Part shown: positions 48,285-58,906 of the stretch, piece by piece
Numbering within the stretch: the stretch's first letter is position 1
How the letters are laid out: each line of letters begins with the position of its first letter
Assembly (NCBI GenBank): GCA_963675495.1
Contig: OY776215.1
Span: 1-64,000, forward strand
Length of the DNA stretch: 64,000 bases
From: an uncultured Methanolobus sp.
Lineage (GTDB): Archaea; Halobacteriota; Methanosarcinia; Methanosarcinales; Methanosarcinaceae
Direction of reading: 5' to 3'
Notes under the pieces: generated by a model
Told to the model about the DNA's origin: nothing
The model's database searches: none
Seen by the model: the letters and a program-made list of their open reading frames with translations, nothing else
Position numbers and translations under genes: made by a program

Positions 48285-49128
48285 AGCAAATGGTCTTGTC
48301 GTCAGCTACGGTAATCGTCAAATACTCAATGAAGTGGATCTCCATGCAGAACAAGGACAATTCGTTGGCATCATTGGTCCAAATGGTTCAGGTAAGACTA
48401 CCTTGGTAAAGACAATTAACAGGATCATAAAACCAAATGCTGGGGAAATAATAATCGATGGGCGATGTATTGATACGATGAATAACATTGAGATTGCAAA
48501 GAATATTGCCATGGTATCCCAGGTGATATCCATTAACTTCGAGTTTACTGTAGAAGATGTTGTCTTAATGGGTCGTACCCCATACATTAAAAGTGGTGAA
48601 ACACACGAAGATCTTGTAATTGTGCAGGATGCAATGGAAAGGACTAAAATACTTCATCTAAAAAATAGGTTTGTTACACAGCTAAGTGGTGGAGAATTAC
48701 AAAAAGTAATAATTGCCCGTGCACTTGCTCAAAATCCAAAAATACTGCTTCTGGATGAACCAACTTCTCACCTGGACATCACCAACCAGATAGACATATT
48801 GAATCTCGTAAAAGACGCTTCCAGAAAAGGAATGCTTGTCATAGCAGTCATGCATGATCTTAATCTTGCTGCATATTATTGTGACAAACTTTGCCTTATC
48901 CGGGATGGTGATGTAATATCAACCGGGACTCCTGGGGAAGTTCTGACACCGTCCAACATAAAGACCACATATAACATTGACGTGGAGGTTATCAACAATC
49001 AGATCACGAATTCTCTTTATGTCATACCTCTGTTGGAACCACTTGATAAAAACCCCGGCTTTTGCAAAGCGATAGAATGTTCGCATTCGTCTGCAGAATA
49101 TTTGTCATCAAACTCCACTCAGTTATGA
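48277..49128 (+). CDS. ABC ATPase (BtuD/FecE family)
   Basis: GPNGSGKTT, LSGGE, LLLDEPT, HDLN. Confidence 0.93.
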   Translation: MLEANGLVVSYGNRQILNEVDLHAEQGQFVGIIGPNGSGKTTLVKTINRIIKPNAGEIIIDGRCIDTMNNIEIAKNIAMVSQVISINFEFTVEDVVLMGRTPYIKSGETHEDLVIVQDAMERTKILHLKNRFVTQLSGGELQKVIIARALAQNPKILLLDEPTSHLDITNQIDILNLVKDASRKGMLVIAVMHDLNLAAYYCDKLCLIRDGDVISTGTPGEVLTPSNIKTTYNIDVEVINNQITNSLYVIPLLEPLDKNPGFCKAIECSHSSAEYLSSNSTQL

Positions 49129-49295
49129 GTTTTTTCAACTTAATTGTCTCTGGTTATAATCTTGTATGTTATCTAAAACTATCTCATTATTTGTCATTTA
49201 GATAATAAACATAACCAAATAGTGAACTTTATATGTAATTAATTTTAATGCTTGTTAATTAATTCATAATATGTCACATATAAAGAGGTATATAC

Positions 49296-50888
49296 ATGAT
49301 AAAAAAGATATGGGGTATAAGTTTACTTATTTTAGTTTCCTTGATGGTGATGCCATCACTGGCTGGAGCTGAAGCTACAGTCATCTGGGATGGGGAAGTT
49401 GATCTTAACGGAGGTATTTTTGACTACATTCCTGCATCAAACCAGTCTGCAAGTTATGAATGGTCAAGCCTAACGGATCTTGGTGCCCTTCAGACCGCAT
49501 CAGAAGCTGGTGGCTTTGAGATCAATTCAAGCGATCTTCATGCTGAATACGGTTCATTCTTCATCAACAGTATCGATGGAACCTCCAATGAAGAAAATTA
49601 CACATGGAGTATTCTGATAAACGATGAAACTGTATGGAATGGTTTGGGTCTTAACGAACTGAACGATGGAGATAAAGTTACATTTTACTATTTGGAGTGG
49701 GTTGTGGATGATGCAGGAAACTACGTAGCAGATGTAGAGAATGCTACACAGATGGTGAACATTAAAGTAAATGATGCAACTGTCATCTGGGATGGAGAAG
49801 TTGACCTTAACGGAGGTATTTTTGACTACACTCCTGCAGCAAATCCATCTGCAAGTTATGAATGGAAAAGCCTTACCGATCTTGGTGCCCTTCAGGCCGC
49901 ATCCGAAGCTGGTGGTTTTGGGATAAGTACAAGCGATTATCAGGCTGAATACGAATCATTCTATATCAACAGTATTGATGGAATAGCCAATGAAGAAGCA
50001 GGAGGATATTCATGGTCTATTCTGATAAACGATGAAACCACATGGAATGGTCTGGGTCGTAACAGCTTGAACGATGGAGATTCCGTTACATTCTGCTATG
50101 TTATGTGGATTGAAGAAAGTCCAGGGAACTGGGTAGCAGATGTGGACAATGCTGCACATATCGTGAGTGTTAAGGTAAATGATGTAACTGTCATCTGGGA
50201 TGGTGAAGTTGACCTTGAGGACGATACTTTTGATTACATCCCTGCATCAAATCTATCTGCCAGTTATGAATTGTCAAGCCTAACAGATCTCGGTGCCCTT
50301 CAGGATGCATCCGAAAAAGGTGACTTTGAGTTCGCTGCAAGTGATGATTATTATGCGACCTATGGTTCATTCTACATCACCAGTATTAATGGAATTGCCA
50401 ACGAGGGCAACTATTCGTGGTGTATTCAGATAAACGATGAGTTTACTACCTCCGGTTTAGGTGCTAACGACCTGAGCGACGGGGATACCGTGACCTTCTA
50501 CTATGCTGAATATGATGAAAATTGGGTGCAAGATATAGAGAATGCTTCATACAAGGTGAATATAGATGCCTCTGTAGCTCCTGAAAGTGAGGACGAAAGC
50601 AGTTCAAGTTCAAGCAGCAGCTCTAGGAGTTCAAGCAGTAGTAGTGGAATAGCTAGATCAACTGCTGTAGAAACTGTTGAAGAAGAGGAAACAAATGTTT
50701 CTGAAGAACCAGATACAGTATATTCAGTGATTGACGAAGAACCCGAAGAAGAACCAGAATCAATAGACCCAACTAAGATGTCTGTTGAATCTAATGTCGA
50801 TAGTGCAGCATCCCCTGGATTTGAAGCAGTATTTGCAGTAGCCGGATTCCTGCTTTCCGCTATTTTCCTTGCAAAAAGGAGAATGTAA
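49296..50888 (+). CDS. Surface protein with three tandem DUF4430 (transcobalamin-like) domains and PGF-CTERM
   Basis: Three roughly 135-aa repeats starting TVIWDGEVDL, each with F.I.SI.G..NE....W...IND...G.....L.DGD.V.F; Ser/Glu linker; SPGF-TM-KRR. Confidence 0.8.
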   Translation: MIKKIWGISLLILVSLMVMPSLAGAEATVIWDGEVDLNGGIFDYIPASNQSASYEWSSLTDLGALQTASEAGGFEINSSDLHAEYGSFFINSIDGTSNEENYTWSILINDETVWNGLGLNELNDGDKVTFYYLEWVVDDAGNYVADVENATQMVNIKVNDATVIWDGEVDLNGGIFDYTPAANPSASYEWKSLTDLGALQAASEAGGFGISTSDYQAEYESFYINSIDGIANEEAGGYSWSILINDETTWNGLGRNSLNDGDSVTFCYVMWIEESPGNWVADVDNAAHIVSVKVNDVTVIWDGEVDLEDDTFDYIPASNLSASYELSSLTDLGALQDASEKGDFEFAASDDYYATYGSFYITSINGIANEGNYSWCIQINDEFTTSGLGANDLSDGDTVTFYYAEYDENWVQDIENASYKVNIDASVAPESEDESSSSSSSSSRSSSSSSGIARSTAVETVEEEETNVSEEPDTVYSVIDEEPEEEPESIDPTKMSVESNVDSAASPGFEAVFAVAGFLLSAIFLAKRRM

Positions 50889-50981
50889 TTAGTCTGCATA
50901 AAAAATGAAAATGTGTCGAAAAGCCAATAAAGAGCTTTACGACACCTTTTTTAAATTTTAATACAGGTTTAAGGTAGCAAA

Positions 50982-52334
50982 ATGGCTGGACAAAAAACAG
51001 TATTCTTATTTTTTTTGAGTGTAGTGCTATTCTTTTGTATCTTGTCAAGTGTTGTATGTGCTTCTGATTGGACCCAGTTTCAGAAAGATAAAATTAATTC
51101 CGGTGTTACAATAGATGAAGCACCTATATCTGACCCGATGACTGGAAATTCATTGTCATGGGAAAGGGAATTATCAACGGGTATCGACATTGCACCTATA
51201 GTTAATGGAAACTTCGTGTACGTGGCAACCGGTGGCAACAAAGTGTATGCTATCGATAAAAATACAGGGGACATTTCCTGGGAAAAATCTTCAAGTGGTA
51301 GTGGCTTTCTTCTTGCAAATATCGCTTACGGAAAAGGCATGATATTTGTTCCAACTAAAGATGGAAGTATGTTTGCTTTTGATGCAGAGACAGGAGTTGA
51401 AATGTGGAATGTCACGGTATCTACTAATCAACTGAATACGCCTATAACATACGATAATAATCGGATATTTTTTGGGGATTGCATAACTGGTGGCAGTAGT
51501 TCGTCAAACGATGGGATATACTATTGCTATGATGTGGAAGATGGTACCGAAGTCTGGAGTCGTGATTCTACCAGCAGTGGAGGTTACTACTGGGCAGGTG
51601 CAGCTGTGAAGGGGGATTATCTGATCTACGGTGATGACAGTTCGCATCTGGTCTCAGTTGAAAAAGATACGGGTAATACTATTGATGAACTTGATGTCTC
51701 TTCAGTTTTTAGTGTTAACGCAAAGGAGATTCGTTCTTCCATTGTTTTTAGCAATGACAAATTGTATTTTACATCAAAAGGTGGATATTGTTTTGCCCTT
51801 GGATTTAATGATAGCAGTGGTATGTTTGACAAAGCGAATGCTTACAATGGTTACATAGGCCCAAGTGTATCAACACCAGCTATCTATAATGAAAAGGTCT
51901 ATGCTGGAAGTGCCGGAGCTTTATCCTGTTTAAATGCAGCCGATTTAACAGACATCTGGATTTTTGCGGTATCTGGTGATGTAAAATCCTCTCCTGCTTT
52001 ATCGAAACGATATGATACAGGAAATGGGACCGTCTATATCTATTTTACAACAAATACTGAAGATGGGATGGTCTACTGCCTTAAAGATTACAATGGGAAC
52101 ATCGATCCTGTAGTACAATGGTCATATGGTGAATCGGGAAAAACAGACTGGTCTCTTGCAGGTGTAGCATTATCTGATGGATGGATATATTACGGCACTG
52201 ATACAGGTTATTTTTTTGGTTTAACAAACAAAGAAGCAGTATATGAAAACGATGGGAGTAGTAACAGCGATTCCGCAAACATCTTTTTCGTACTGGAGAA
52301 GCTTGTGGAAAAAATTTTGTTATTTTTGAGATAA
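50982..52334 (+). CDS. Secreted PQQ-type (BamB-like) beta-propeller protein
   Basis: Signal peptide; DWTQFQKD..NSG; repeated A.D..TG...W motifs; STPA, SSPA. Confidence 0.85.
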   Translation: MAGQKTVFLFFLSVVLFFCILSSVVCASDWTQFQKDKINSGVTIDEAPISDPMTGNSLSWERELSTGIDIAPIVNGNFVYVATGGNKVYAIDKNTGDISWEKSSSGSGFLLANIAYGKGMIFVPTKDGSMFAFDAETGVEMWNVTVSTNQLNTPITYDNNRIFFGDCITGGSSSSNDGIYYCYDVEDGTEVWSRDSTSSGGYYWAGAAVKGDYLIYGDDSSHLVSVEKDTGNTIDELDVSSVFSVNAKEIRSSIVFSNDKLYFTSKGGYCFALGFNDSSGMFDKANAYNGYIGPSVSTPAIYNEKVYAGSAGALSCLNAADLTDIWIFAVSGDVKSSPALSKRYDTGNGTVYIYFTTNTEDGMVYCLKDYNGNIDPVVQWSYGESGKTDWSLAGVALSDGWIYYGTDTGYFFGLTNKEAVYENDGSSNSDSANIFFVLEKLVEKILLFLR

Positions 52335-52389
52335 AATTCTAATTAGAACTAAGTGAAGGCAGATGATTTGTATCAGGGATGAATGTATA

Positions 52390-54801
52390 ATGAACAAAAA
52401 GAGAATATCCAACAAAGCATTCATAGTTTTTTCATTTTTTATATTTTTAATTTCAATATCAACGGTTGCTACATCGTCCGATTGGTCCCAGTTCCAATCT
52501 GACTGTGAACATACTGCATTAACAGAAGATCCGGCAATTAGGGATGATCCTGAGCTTTTATGGAGCATTAGCACCTCAATATCTGAAGAAAATGGTATCA
52601 GTGCCCCACCTATAATTGCAGATGATCTTGTGTATATTTATACAACAAATGGTTCTATATGGGCCTTTAATAAACACAATGGGAATCTGGTCTGGAGAAA
52701 CAAAACAACAGAAGGAAGCAGACTTCAATCATCTACACCTGCCTATGGTAATGGAAAGATCTTTGTTGCCAGTAATAGTGGAGATATCTTTGCATTCAAT
52801 GGGTCGACAGGTGAAAAACTCTGGAATGAACGTGTAACTGACAGCAATTTTGAATGTCCAATTACTTATTCCGATAATATGTTATACATAGGGGAGGGAC
52901 TCGAAGGTGGGGTTGCTACCAAATATTACTACTGCTACGATGAGAATGGACAGCAGCTCTGGAAATATGCCAATGAGCGATCTGTAGGTTTTTTGTGGAA
53001 TGGTGCGTGCATTGTAGGAGATTTTGTTATTTATTCAACACATGAAGGTAAACTGGTGAGCCTGGATAAAGAAACCGGAGAACTTGTGGATGAGATTGAC
53101 CTTTCTTCTGATGTACTTGATTTTGCAAAGGACGACCCTGGAATGTTCCGTTCATCTGTAACATATAGCGATGGATTTGTGTATACAAGTTCAGAAAGAG
53201 GTCAGTCTTTAGGATATGTCTGGAAGATCGGATACGATGAAGGAAAGTTCCTCAATGATGGCTGGTGTACACAGAATGGTTTCAGCACATCAACACCAGC
53301 TATTTACGAGGGGAAAGTCTATGTTGGCCAGGGTGAACATGGTTACACAGGTAATCTCACATGTCTGGACGATTCTACCGGAGAGATTCTGTGGTCTTAT
53401 TTTATTGATGCAGGTGTAAAGTCATCTCCAGTTCTTGCAGTGGATGGAGATACGACGTATATTTATTTCACAGGAGCAAAAGACAACGGATCGCTTTATT
53501 GTCTGGCAGATGATGGTTCTCTTGCTTGGAAATATAATCCACATGATGATGGTTATATATTACAGGGTGCTGCACTATCTGATGGAAAAGTTTACTTTGG
53601 GACGGACAGTGGAGATCTCTATTGTATACAGGAAAATGTCCCGGAAGGGTGGGAGCAGTTCCATAAAGATGCTCAGAATAGCGGATTCTCTCCTTCTGAT
53701 GCTCCTGATACGAACAACACATTGTGGATCAGTGAAGATATAGGAGCAGTAAAGGGTTCATCACCTGTTAGTACCAACGGGAAAGTTTACGTGAACTGTG
53801 GTGATTACGTTAGTTCTTTAGATCAGTATACTGGTGAATTTTTGCAAAACCACAGTAGAGGTAGTACTAAATATAAATCAATAGCTTCTCCTGCCTACCA
53901 TAATGGTAGTGTATGGTGTGGTTTGCCAGATTCGGTTAACAGCGGCACAACAGTAGCAGACGGAAAATTATTCGAGGGTGAGTGGGATGGTAACTATTAC
54001 TGCTTTGATGAATTGACCGGAGTGGAGTTCTGGAATTTTAGTACTAATGGGAATGCACAGGCAACACCTGCGTATGAAGAAGGCAGGGTATATTTCACAA
54101 GCTGGGAATATGGGCAGACATATGGAGGGTATGTCTATTGCGTTGATTCAAATACAGGAAGCTTGATCTGGAATCAAAGTGAAATAATGTATAACTGCTG
54201 TGGTTCTCCAACGATTTATGGTAATACTGTTTATTTGACGTCCTTCAATTTTTATGGTGATGGTGAGATTTACGCAGTAAACAAGAACAATGGTTCCATT
54301 CTATGGAATAGGTCGATACTTCGGACGGATTCAACACCAGCTGTGGGATATGGCAACGTCTATGTTTGCGGAGGATGTTATGGGTATAGTGATCTGCAGA
54401 CATACTGTTTTGATGCAACTACTGGAAATCTCAAATGGAATACGACTTCTGGTGATGGAATTGGGGGATGGCTCTGTTCGCCTGCTGTTGCAGATGAAAA
54501 GGTATTTGTAGGCACTGCTTTTGATACAGATGATGATTATACTGGACTTAATGGTACGTGTGCTTTGGACGCATTCACAGGGGAATTGATCTGGAATTCT
54601 AAATATGGAGGCTCATCTCCAGCTGTTTTGGATGGAATGTTATTTACTATTGCAGATGGCAGAGTCTATGCTTTTGGTGATGAAGTAACTGCAGGTAAAT
54701 CAAATGAGAAATCACCTGGATTTGAATCTTCCATTGCAGTATCAGGATTGCTGATATCAGTCATTTATGTGTTGAGGAGGAAAAGGAACGAAAAGGGTTA
54801 A
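52390..54801 (+). CDS. Double PQQ-type beta-propeller surface protein with PGF-CTERM
   Basis: Two propellers starting DWSQFQ and GWEQFHKD; C-terminal SPGF-TM-RRKR. Confidence 0.85.
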   Translation: MNKKRISNKAFIVFSFFIFLISISTVATSSDWSQFQSDCEHTALTEDPAIRDDPELLWSISTSISEENGISAPPIIADDLVYIYTTNGSIWAFNKHNGNLVWRNKTTEGSRLQSSTPAYGNGKIFVASNSGDIFAFNGSTGEKLWNERVTDSNFECPITYSDNMLYIGEGLEGGVATKYYYCYDENGQQLWKYANERSVGFLWNGACIVGDFVIYSTHEGKLVSLDKETGELVDEIDLSSDVLDFAKDDPGMFRSSVTYSDGFVYTSSERGQSLGYVWKIGYDEGKFLNDGWCTQNGFSTSTPAIYEGKVYVGQGEHGYTGNLTCLDDSTGEILWSYFIDAGVKSSPVLAVDGDTTYIYFTGAKDNGSLYCLADDGSLAWKYNPHDDGYILQGAALSDGKVYFGTDSGDLYCIQENVPEGWEQFHKDAQNSGFSPSDAPDTNNTLWISEDIGAVKGSSPVSTNGKVYVNCGDYVSSLDQYTGEFLQNHSRGSTKYKSIASPAYHNGSVWCGLPDSVNSGTTVADGKLFEGEWDGNYYCFDELTGVEFWNFSTNGNAQATPAYEEGRVYFTSWEYGQTYGGYVYCVDSNTGSLIWNQSEIMYNCCGSPTIYGNTVYLTSFNFYGDGEIYAVNKNNGSILWNRSILRTDSTPAVGYGNVYVCGGCYGYSDLQTYCFDATTGNLKWNTTSGDGIGGWLCSPAVADEKVFVGTAFDTDDDYTGLNGTCALDAFTGELIWNSKYGGSSPAVLDGMLFTIADGRVYAFGDEVTAGKSNEKSPGFESSIAVSGLLISVIYVLRRKRNEKG

Positions 54802-54894
54802 ATTATTTTAAGGTGCAGGCGCCAAAATCCAGGCTTCCTGTATCCAGTTCCTCAATAATAATATCAGCGAAACATCCCTTACAGACCCTTTTCC

Positions 54895-54923
54895 TCTTTA
54901 AAGAAGGTGTGGACAGGATTTAT
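54895..54923. repeat. 29-bp direct repeat, right copy
   Basis: Identical to 44154-44182, same orientation. Confidence 0.9.
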
Positions 54924-54951
54924 GCTTTTTCAGAAGGTTGCATAAATGTCT

Positions 54952-56223
54952 TCACATTAATCTTTCACGCCTGCAAAGTAAAAGGATGAACATTGATATA
55001 CATAGAAGTAGTGAGCTATTCTGTGCAAGTTTTAATGAATCTGTATCTGTTGAAGATGAAATGGAGTTCTTTGAAAACTGGTCATTTTCTTTTTCATTTT
55101 CTTCCTGCGGAGTCACATCGTTGTCATTTTTCCTATCTGAAAGAGTTTCATTTATTGTAGTTTCAGATTGTACATCTGCAGTGATGGCAAATGGTGAGAA
55201 CCCAGGGGTTGTTGCTTCAAAGGTGATATAATCTTCACTCTCTCCAGTCATCTCAGTTTCAAGTGTTTCCCATTTTCCTTCATGGTACCTTTTCAGGTGT
55301 ATATTAGTTATTTCAACATCATTTTCCAGAATCCATTCTTTAAGGACTTCAAAAGATATTTTCATATCCTCCATATTATTTTCATTGGAATAGCCTTCTT
55401 TCCCAATCCATATATTGATGTTCTTGTAAATAATACCGTCTGGTTTTTCAGAGACCGTTGAAGATACATTTTTGAGCACTTCGATGGTGCTTGCTATAAA
55501 CCCTGCATTCTTCAATGATCTGTAACTAATGGAACTGATGGGATTTGCATTCTCGTCAAATAGATAAACGACTTCTGAGTCTCCGATAACATAGAGTTTC
55601 TCTATTTCCTTAATGCCAATATTCTCAATATTTTCGTCGGTATTGCCTCCCCCACCCCCAGCACCTGAGCTGGCAGTGGCTTCTTGAATTAAAGAGGATG
55701 AAACTTCGAGAATATTGACCTGCGCGTTCTGGATAGTTATAGGGACAATTTTTCCTTCAGAATCGCTTAACATCACATTGGAAAGACTAATAACGGTATT
55801 TCCTGTGTTATTGCTTGTAGTGAATGTGATATGGACAAAGTTTCCGGGGGTACTTATCTCAACCTGGCCAAGTGTTACGGCAAACAAACCGTTGATTTTT
55901 CCTTGTTGATTATCAACTGTTCCTCCAATAAAAATGGACATGGATTCTCCCTGTTCAAAGAATCCTTCATCACCGACATTATTTGCAGAGATCATATTAT
56001 TGTCAAATGAAATGTCCATTTGTGCACCGGCAATAGCTTGATCTGGTTCTATATTGATGTAGATATCGATATTCTGGTTTGCATATACTTCCTGAGTGGA
56101 TGGTGATATGCTAACAACGGAATCTGCCGATGCGGTCAGAATACAAGAATATACAAGTGTTAATACCAGGAAAAACAGCATTCTTTTCCTGTAAATATCT
56201 GATGGAATTTTTATTGTGTTCAT
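54952..56223 (-). CDS. Cohesin-like plus PGF-pre-PGF domain surface protein
   Basis: IAGAQMDISFD cohesin motif; GGGGG linker; YKNINIWIG, W..L.T, EATTPGFSPFAIT; C-terminal TM plus RRER. Confidence 0.85.
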   Translation of the reverse strand: MNTIKIPSDIYRKRMLFFLVLTLVYSCILTASADSVVSISPSTQEVYANQNIDIYINIEPDQAIAGAQMDISFDNNMISANNVGDEGFFEQGESMSIFIGGTVDNQQGKINGLFAVTLGQVEISTPGNFVHITFTTSNNTGNTVISLSNVMLSDSEGKIVPITIQNAQVNILEVSSSLIQEATASSGAGGGGGNTDENIENIGIKEIEKLYVIGDSEVVYLFDENANPISSISYRSLKNAGFIASTIEVLKNVSSTVSEKPDGIIYKNINIWIGKEGYSNENNMEDMKISFEVLKEWILENDVEITNIHLKRYHEGKWETLETEMTGESEDYITFEATTPGFSPFAITADVQSETTINETLSDRKNDNDVTPQEENEKENDQFSKNSISSSTDTDSLKLAQNSSLLLCISMFILLLCRRERLM

Positions 56224-56650
56224 CCTCACACCCAACAATTATTTAAAAACTGTATAATACCATATATATTTAAAGTTTGTTATTTTAATCAGGGTGCTTT
56301 AGCATTAAGGATTCTGACTAAACAGGAGCCGTTAAAATAAGTTAAAAAATTATCATTGCCAGTTTGCTGGTCAGTTAGGTTTAATTTTGTTATGGCCGCT
56401 GCTCTTCTAAAACAGTACTATTGCTGTCGAAAAGATGAACATGCTTATATATTGCATATATATATCAATATATTAATATAGTCTGTCTTGGAGCTAGCTA
56501 TTATTCACTGCATATTAAACGCTACTTTATGAAAACTGTTCCTAAATGATGTGCACTAATAGAAATTCAATAACTGTTTTCTGCAGGCGTGATTAGGGAA
56601 AAGGAACTAAAAACAAATCAAAGAAGCCGATTTGATGAAGGTAATTTACT

Positions 56651-58822
56651 ATGGGTAAAAAAACGGAATCCGAAAAGATAAAAAATAAATTTGCCCTTTC
56701 CAATAGCAGTACATCTTCAAATTTAATTCTCTGGAAATTATTAGTGCCTTTGGTGCTTGCTGCAGTAATTTTGATTGCTGTTTTCTCGGGTATTTTTTGG
56801 TGGCAGCAGAACCAGAAAATGGAGGATCATATCCAGCTAACGACAATTTTTGTTACTGAAGAATACAATCATTCACTACAAGAACAGTCGATCACATTGG
56901 TTGAGGAAATGAATTGGATTCTCAAGAACGAAAAAGTTGAAAAAGCATTTGAAAAACGCGATGTTGAACAACTAATGGCTTCTTCCCAGAATATGTACGG
57001 GAGGCTTTCTTCAGTACACAATGTAACTCAGGTTTGCTTCCAGGGACCTGATCGTGTGAACCTCTTGCGTGTTCCTAATCCTGAATACAAAGGTGGCTTT
57101 ATTGATCGTTTTACTATTCGTGAAGCTGAAAGAACAGGAAATGTTGCTAGTGGAGTTGAATTAGGGTCAATGGGTACTTTGACACTGCGCATAGTAAAAC
57201 CAATATACAGAAATGAGACACTGATCGGGTATCTGGATTTAGGTAAAGAGATAGAAGACATCCTAGACTCAGTTGCTTACAAATCCGATTCAGAAATAGC
57301 TGTTCTTATCTACAAAGACAAACTTGATAGTGCTACGTGGGAAAGCGGTGTGCAAAGGCATGGTAAAGATGGTAATTGGAGTCTTTATCCCACACAAGTT
57401 TTGATTTACAGCACTATGCTGCTTCCTGATGAAATAGATGATATCATTAAAAATGAAAAAATGGCCAATGGTCAAATATCGCCGGAAATCGAGAGTAATG
57501 GTCAAATATGGCATTTTGCATTAGTTCCGTTGATGGATGCATCAGATGATGAAGTGGGCTACATGATCATAATGAAGGATGTCACTGACGATAAAATGGT
57601 ATTTGCTACCAACTTAAAAGTTATTGTCATCGGATCCCTTACAATTTTTGGAATATTGTTCATCTTCTATTTTATTATATTAAATAAAACTGATAAGTGC
57701 ATACTAGCAAATAAAAAAGAACTCATGGATAGTGAGGAGAAATTCAGAAATATTTTTGAAGGTGCTGTTGAAGGTATAAATGTGTCAGATGTTTCCACCG
57801 GAAAGTTCAGATATGCTAATCCGGCACTATGCCGGATGCTGGGGTATGCAGAAGAAGAATTAATGCAGCTAAAAACAATTGACATTCATCCACAGAATGA
57901 TCTGGAACAAACCCTGTCTGAATTAGAAGTCCGGAAAAAAGGTGAAAAAATCTTATTAACAAATATTTCATGTCTGCGTAAAGATGGGGCGTCTATCTAT
58001 GTAGATATAAGTGTTTTTCATGCCATGATAGATGGAAAACAATGTACGGTGGGATTTTACACTGATGTCACCGATCTTAAAAAAATAGAGGAAGAAATGC
58101 GAGCTGTTAAGCTTGCTAAGCTTGCAGCAGAGGAATCAAATCGGGTTAAGGGTGAATTCCTTGCAAACATGAGCCATGAACTAAGGACTCCACTTAACTC
58201 TATTATAGGTTTTTCTGATATGCTTCGAATTAAAAGCTTTGGCAGCCTTAACGAGAAACAATCTAAATTTGTTGGCAACATTTCAAACAGTGGAAAACAT
58301 TTGCTTGAGCTTATCAACGACATACTCGATCTTTCCAAAGTAGAGGCTGGAAAAATGAAGCTGCATTGTGAGGAAGTCGATATTTTTTCGGTATTTAAAG
58401 AAGTGAAAGATATACTTGATCCAATGGCTTCTAAAAAGAATATCACATTGGAATATACTGTTGATAAGCAACTTTCAACTATTCATGCGGATAAAATTAA
58501 ACTAAAACAGACACTCTTCAATCTTGTAAACAACGCAATCAAATTCACCGATCTACAAGGCAGCGTAAGTTTTAGTGCAAGCGCCAAGGATGATATGCTA
58601 TATGTTGAGGTCGTAGATACCGGAATTGGAATCTCAGAAGACAATTTAAAAAATCTGTTCAAGCCTTTCACACAATTGGATTCGTCCACTTCAAAAGTGC
58701 ATCAAGGTACTGGGCTTGGTCTTTCCCTTGTTAAGAAGTTCGTCGAACTCCATGGAGGCAATGTGTGGGTAACAAGTAAACCGGGGGAAGGAAGCACATT
58801 CACTTTCTCCATCCCCTATTAA
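56651..58822 (+). CDS. Sensor histidine kinase (Cache-like, PAS, HisKA, HATPase)
   Basis: Two TMs; FLANMSHELRTPL; NAIKFT, DTGIGI, GTGLGL. Confidence 0.95.
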   Translation: MGKKTESEKIKNKFALSNSSTSSNLILWKLLVPLVLAAVILIAVFSGIFWWQQNQKMEDHIQLTTIFVTEEYNHSLQEQSITLVEEMNWILKNEKVEKAFEKRDVEQLMASSQNMYGRLSSVHNVTQVCFQGPDRVNLLRVPNPEYKGGFIDRFTIREAERTGNVASGVELGSMGTLTLRIVKPIYRNETLIGYLDLGKEIEDILDSVAYKSDSEIAVLIYKDKLDSATWESGVQRHGKDGNWSLYPTQVLIYSTMLLPDEIDDIIKNEKMANGQISPEIESNGQIWHFALVPLMDASDDEVGYMIIMKDVTDDKMVFATNLKVIVIGSLTIFGILFIFYFIILNKTDKCILANKKELMDSEEKFRNIFEGAVEGINVSDVSTGKFRYANPALCRMLGYAEEELMQLKTIDIHPQNDLEQTLSELEVRKKGEKILLTNISCLRKDGASIYVDISVFHAMIDGKQCTVGFYTDVTDLKKIEEEMRAVKLAKLAAEESNRVKGEFLANMSHELRTPLNSIIGFSDMLRIKSFGSLNEKQSKFVGNISNSGKHLLELINDILDLSKVEAGKMKLHCEEVDIFSVFKEVKDILDPMASKKNITLEYTVDKQLSTIHADKIKLKQTLFNLVNNAIKFTDLQGSVSFSASAKDDMLYVEVVDTGIGISEDNLKNLFKPFTQLDSSTSKVHQGTGLGLSLVKKFVELHGGNVWVTSKPGEGSTFTFSIPY

Positions 58823-58906
58823 AAGAACCAGAATTGACTTGTTGAAAATTGACTAAAAACAAATTCATTAATAGTTAGTGTTTTGATCAAGTATTTTATT
58901 TATGTT

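Noticed and set aside
56651-58822. Orphan histidine kinase as a novel system
   Set aside because: Kinases without an adjacent response regulator are commonplace in Methanosarcinaceae
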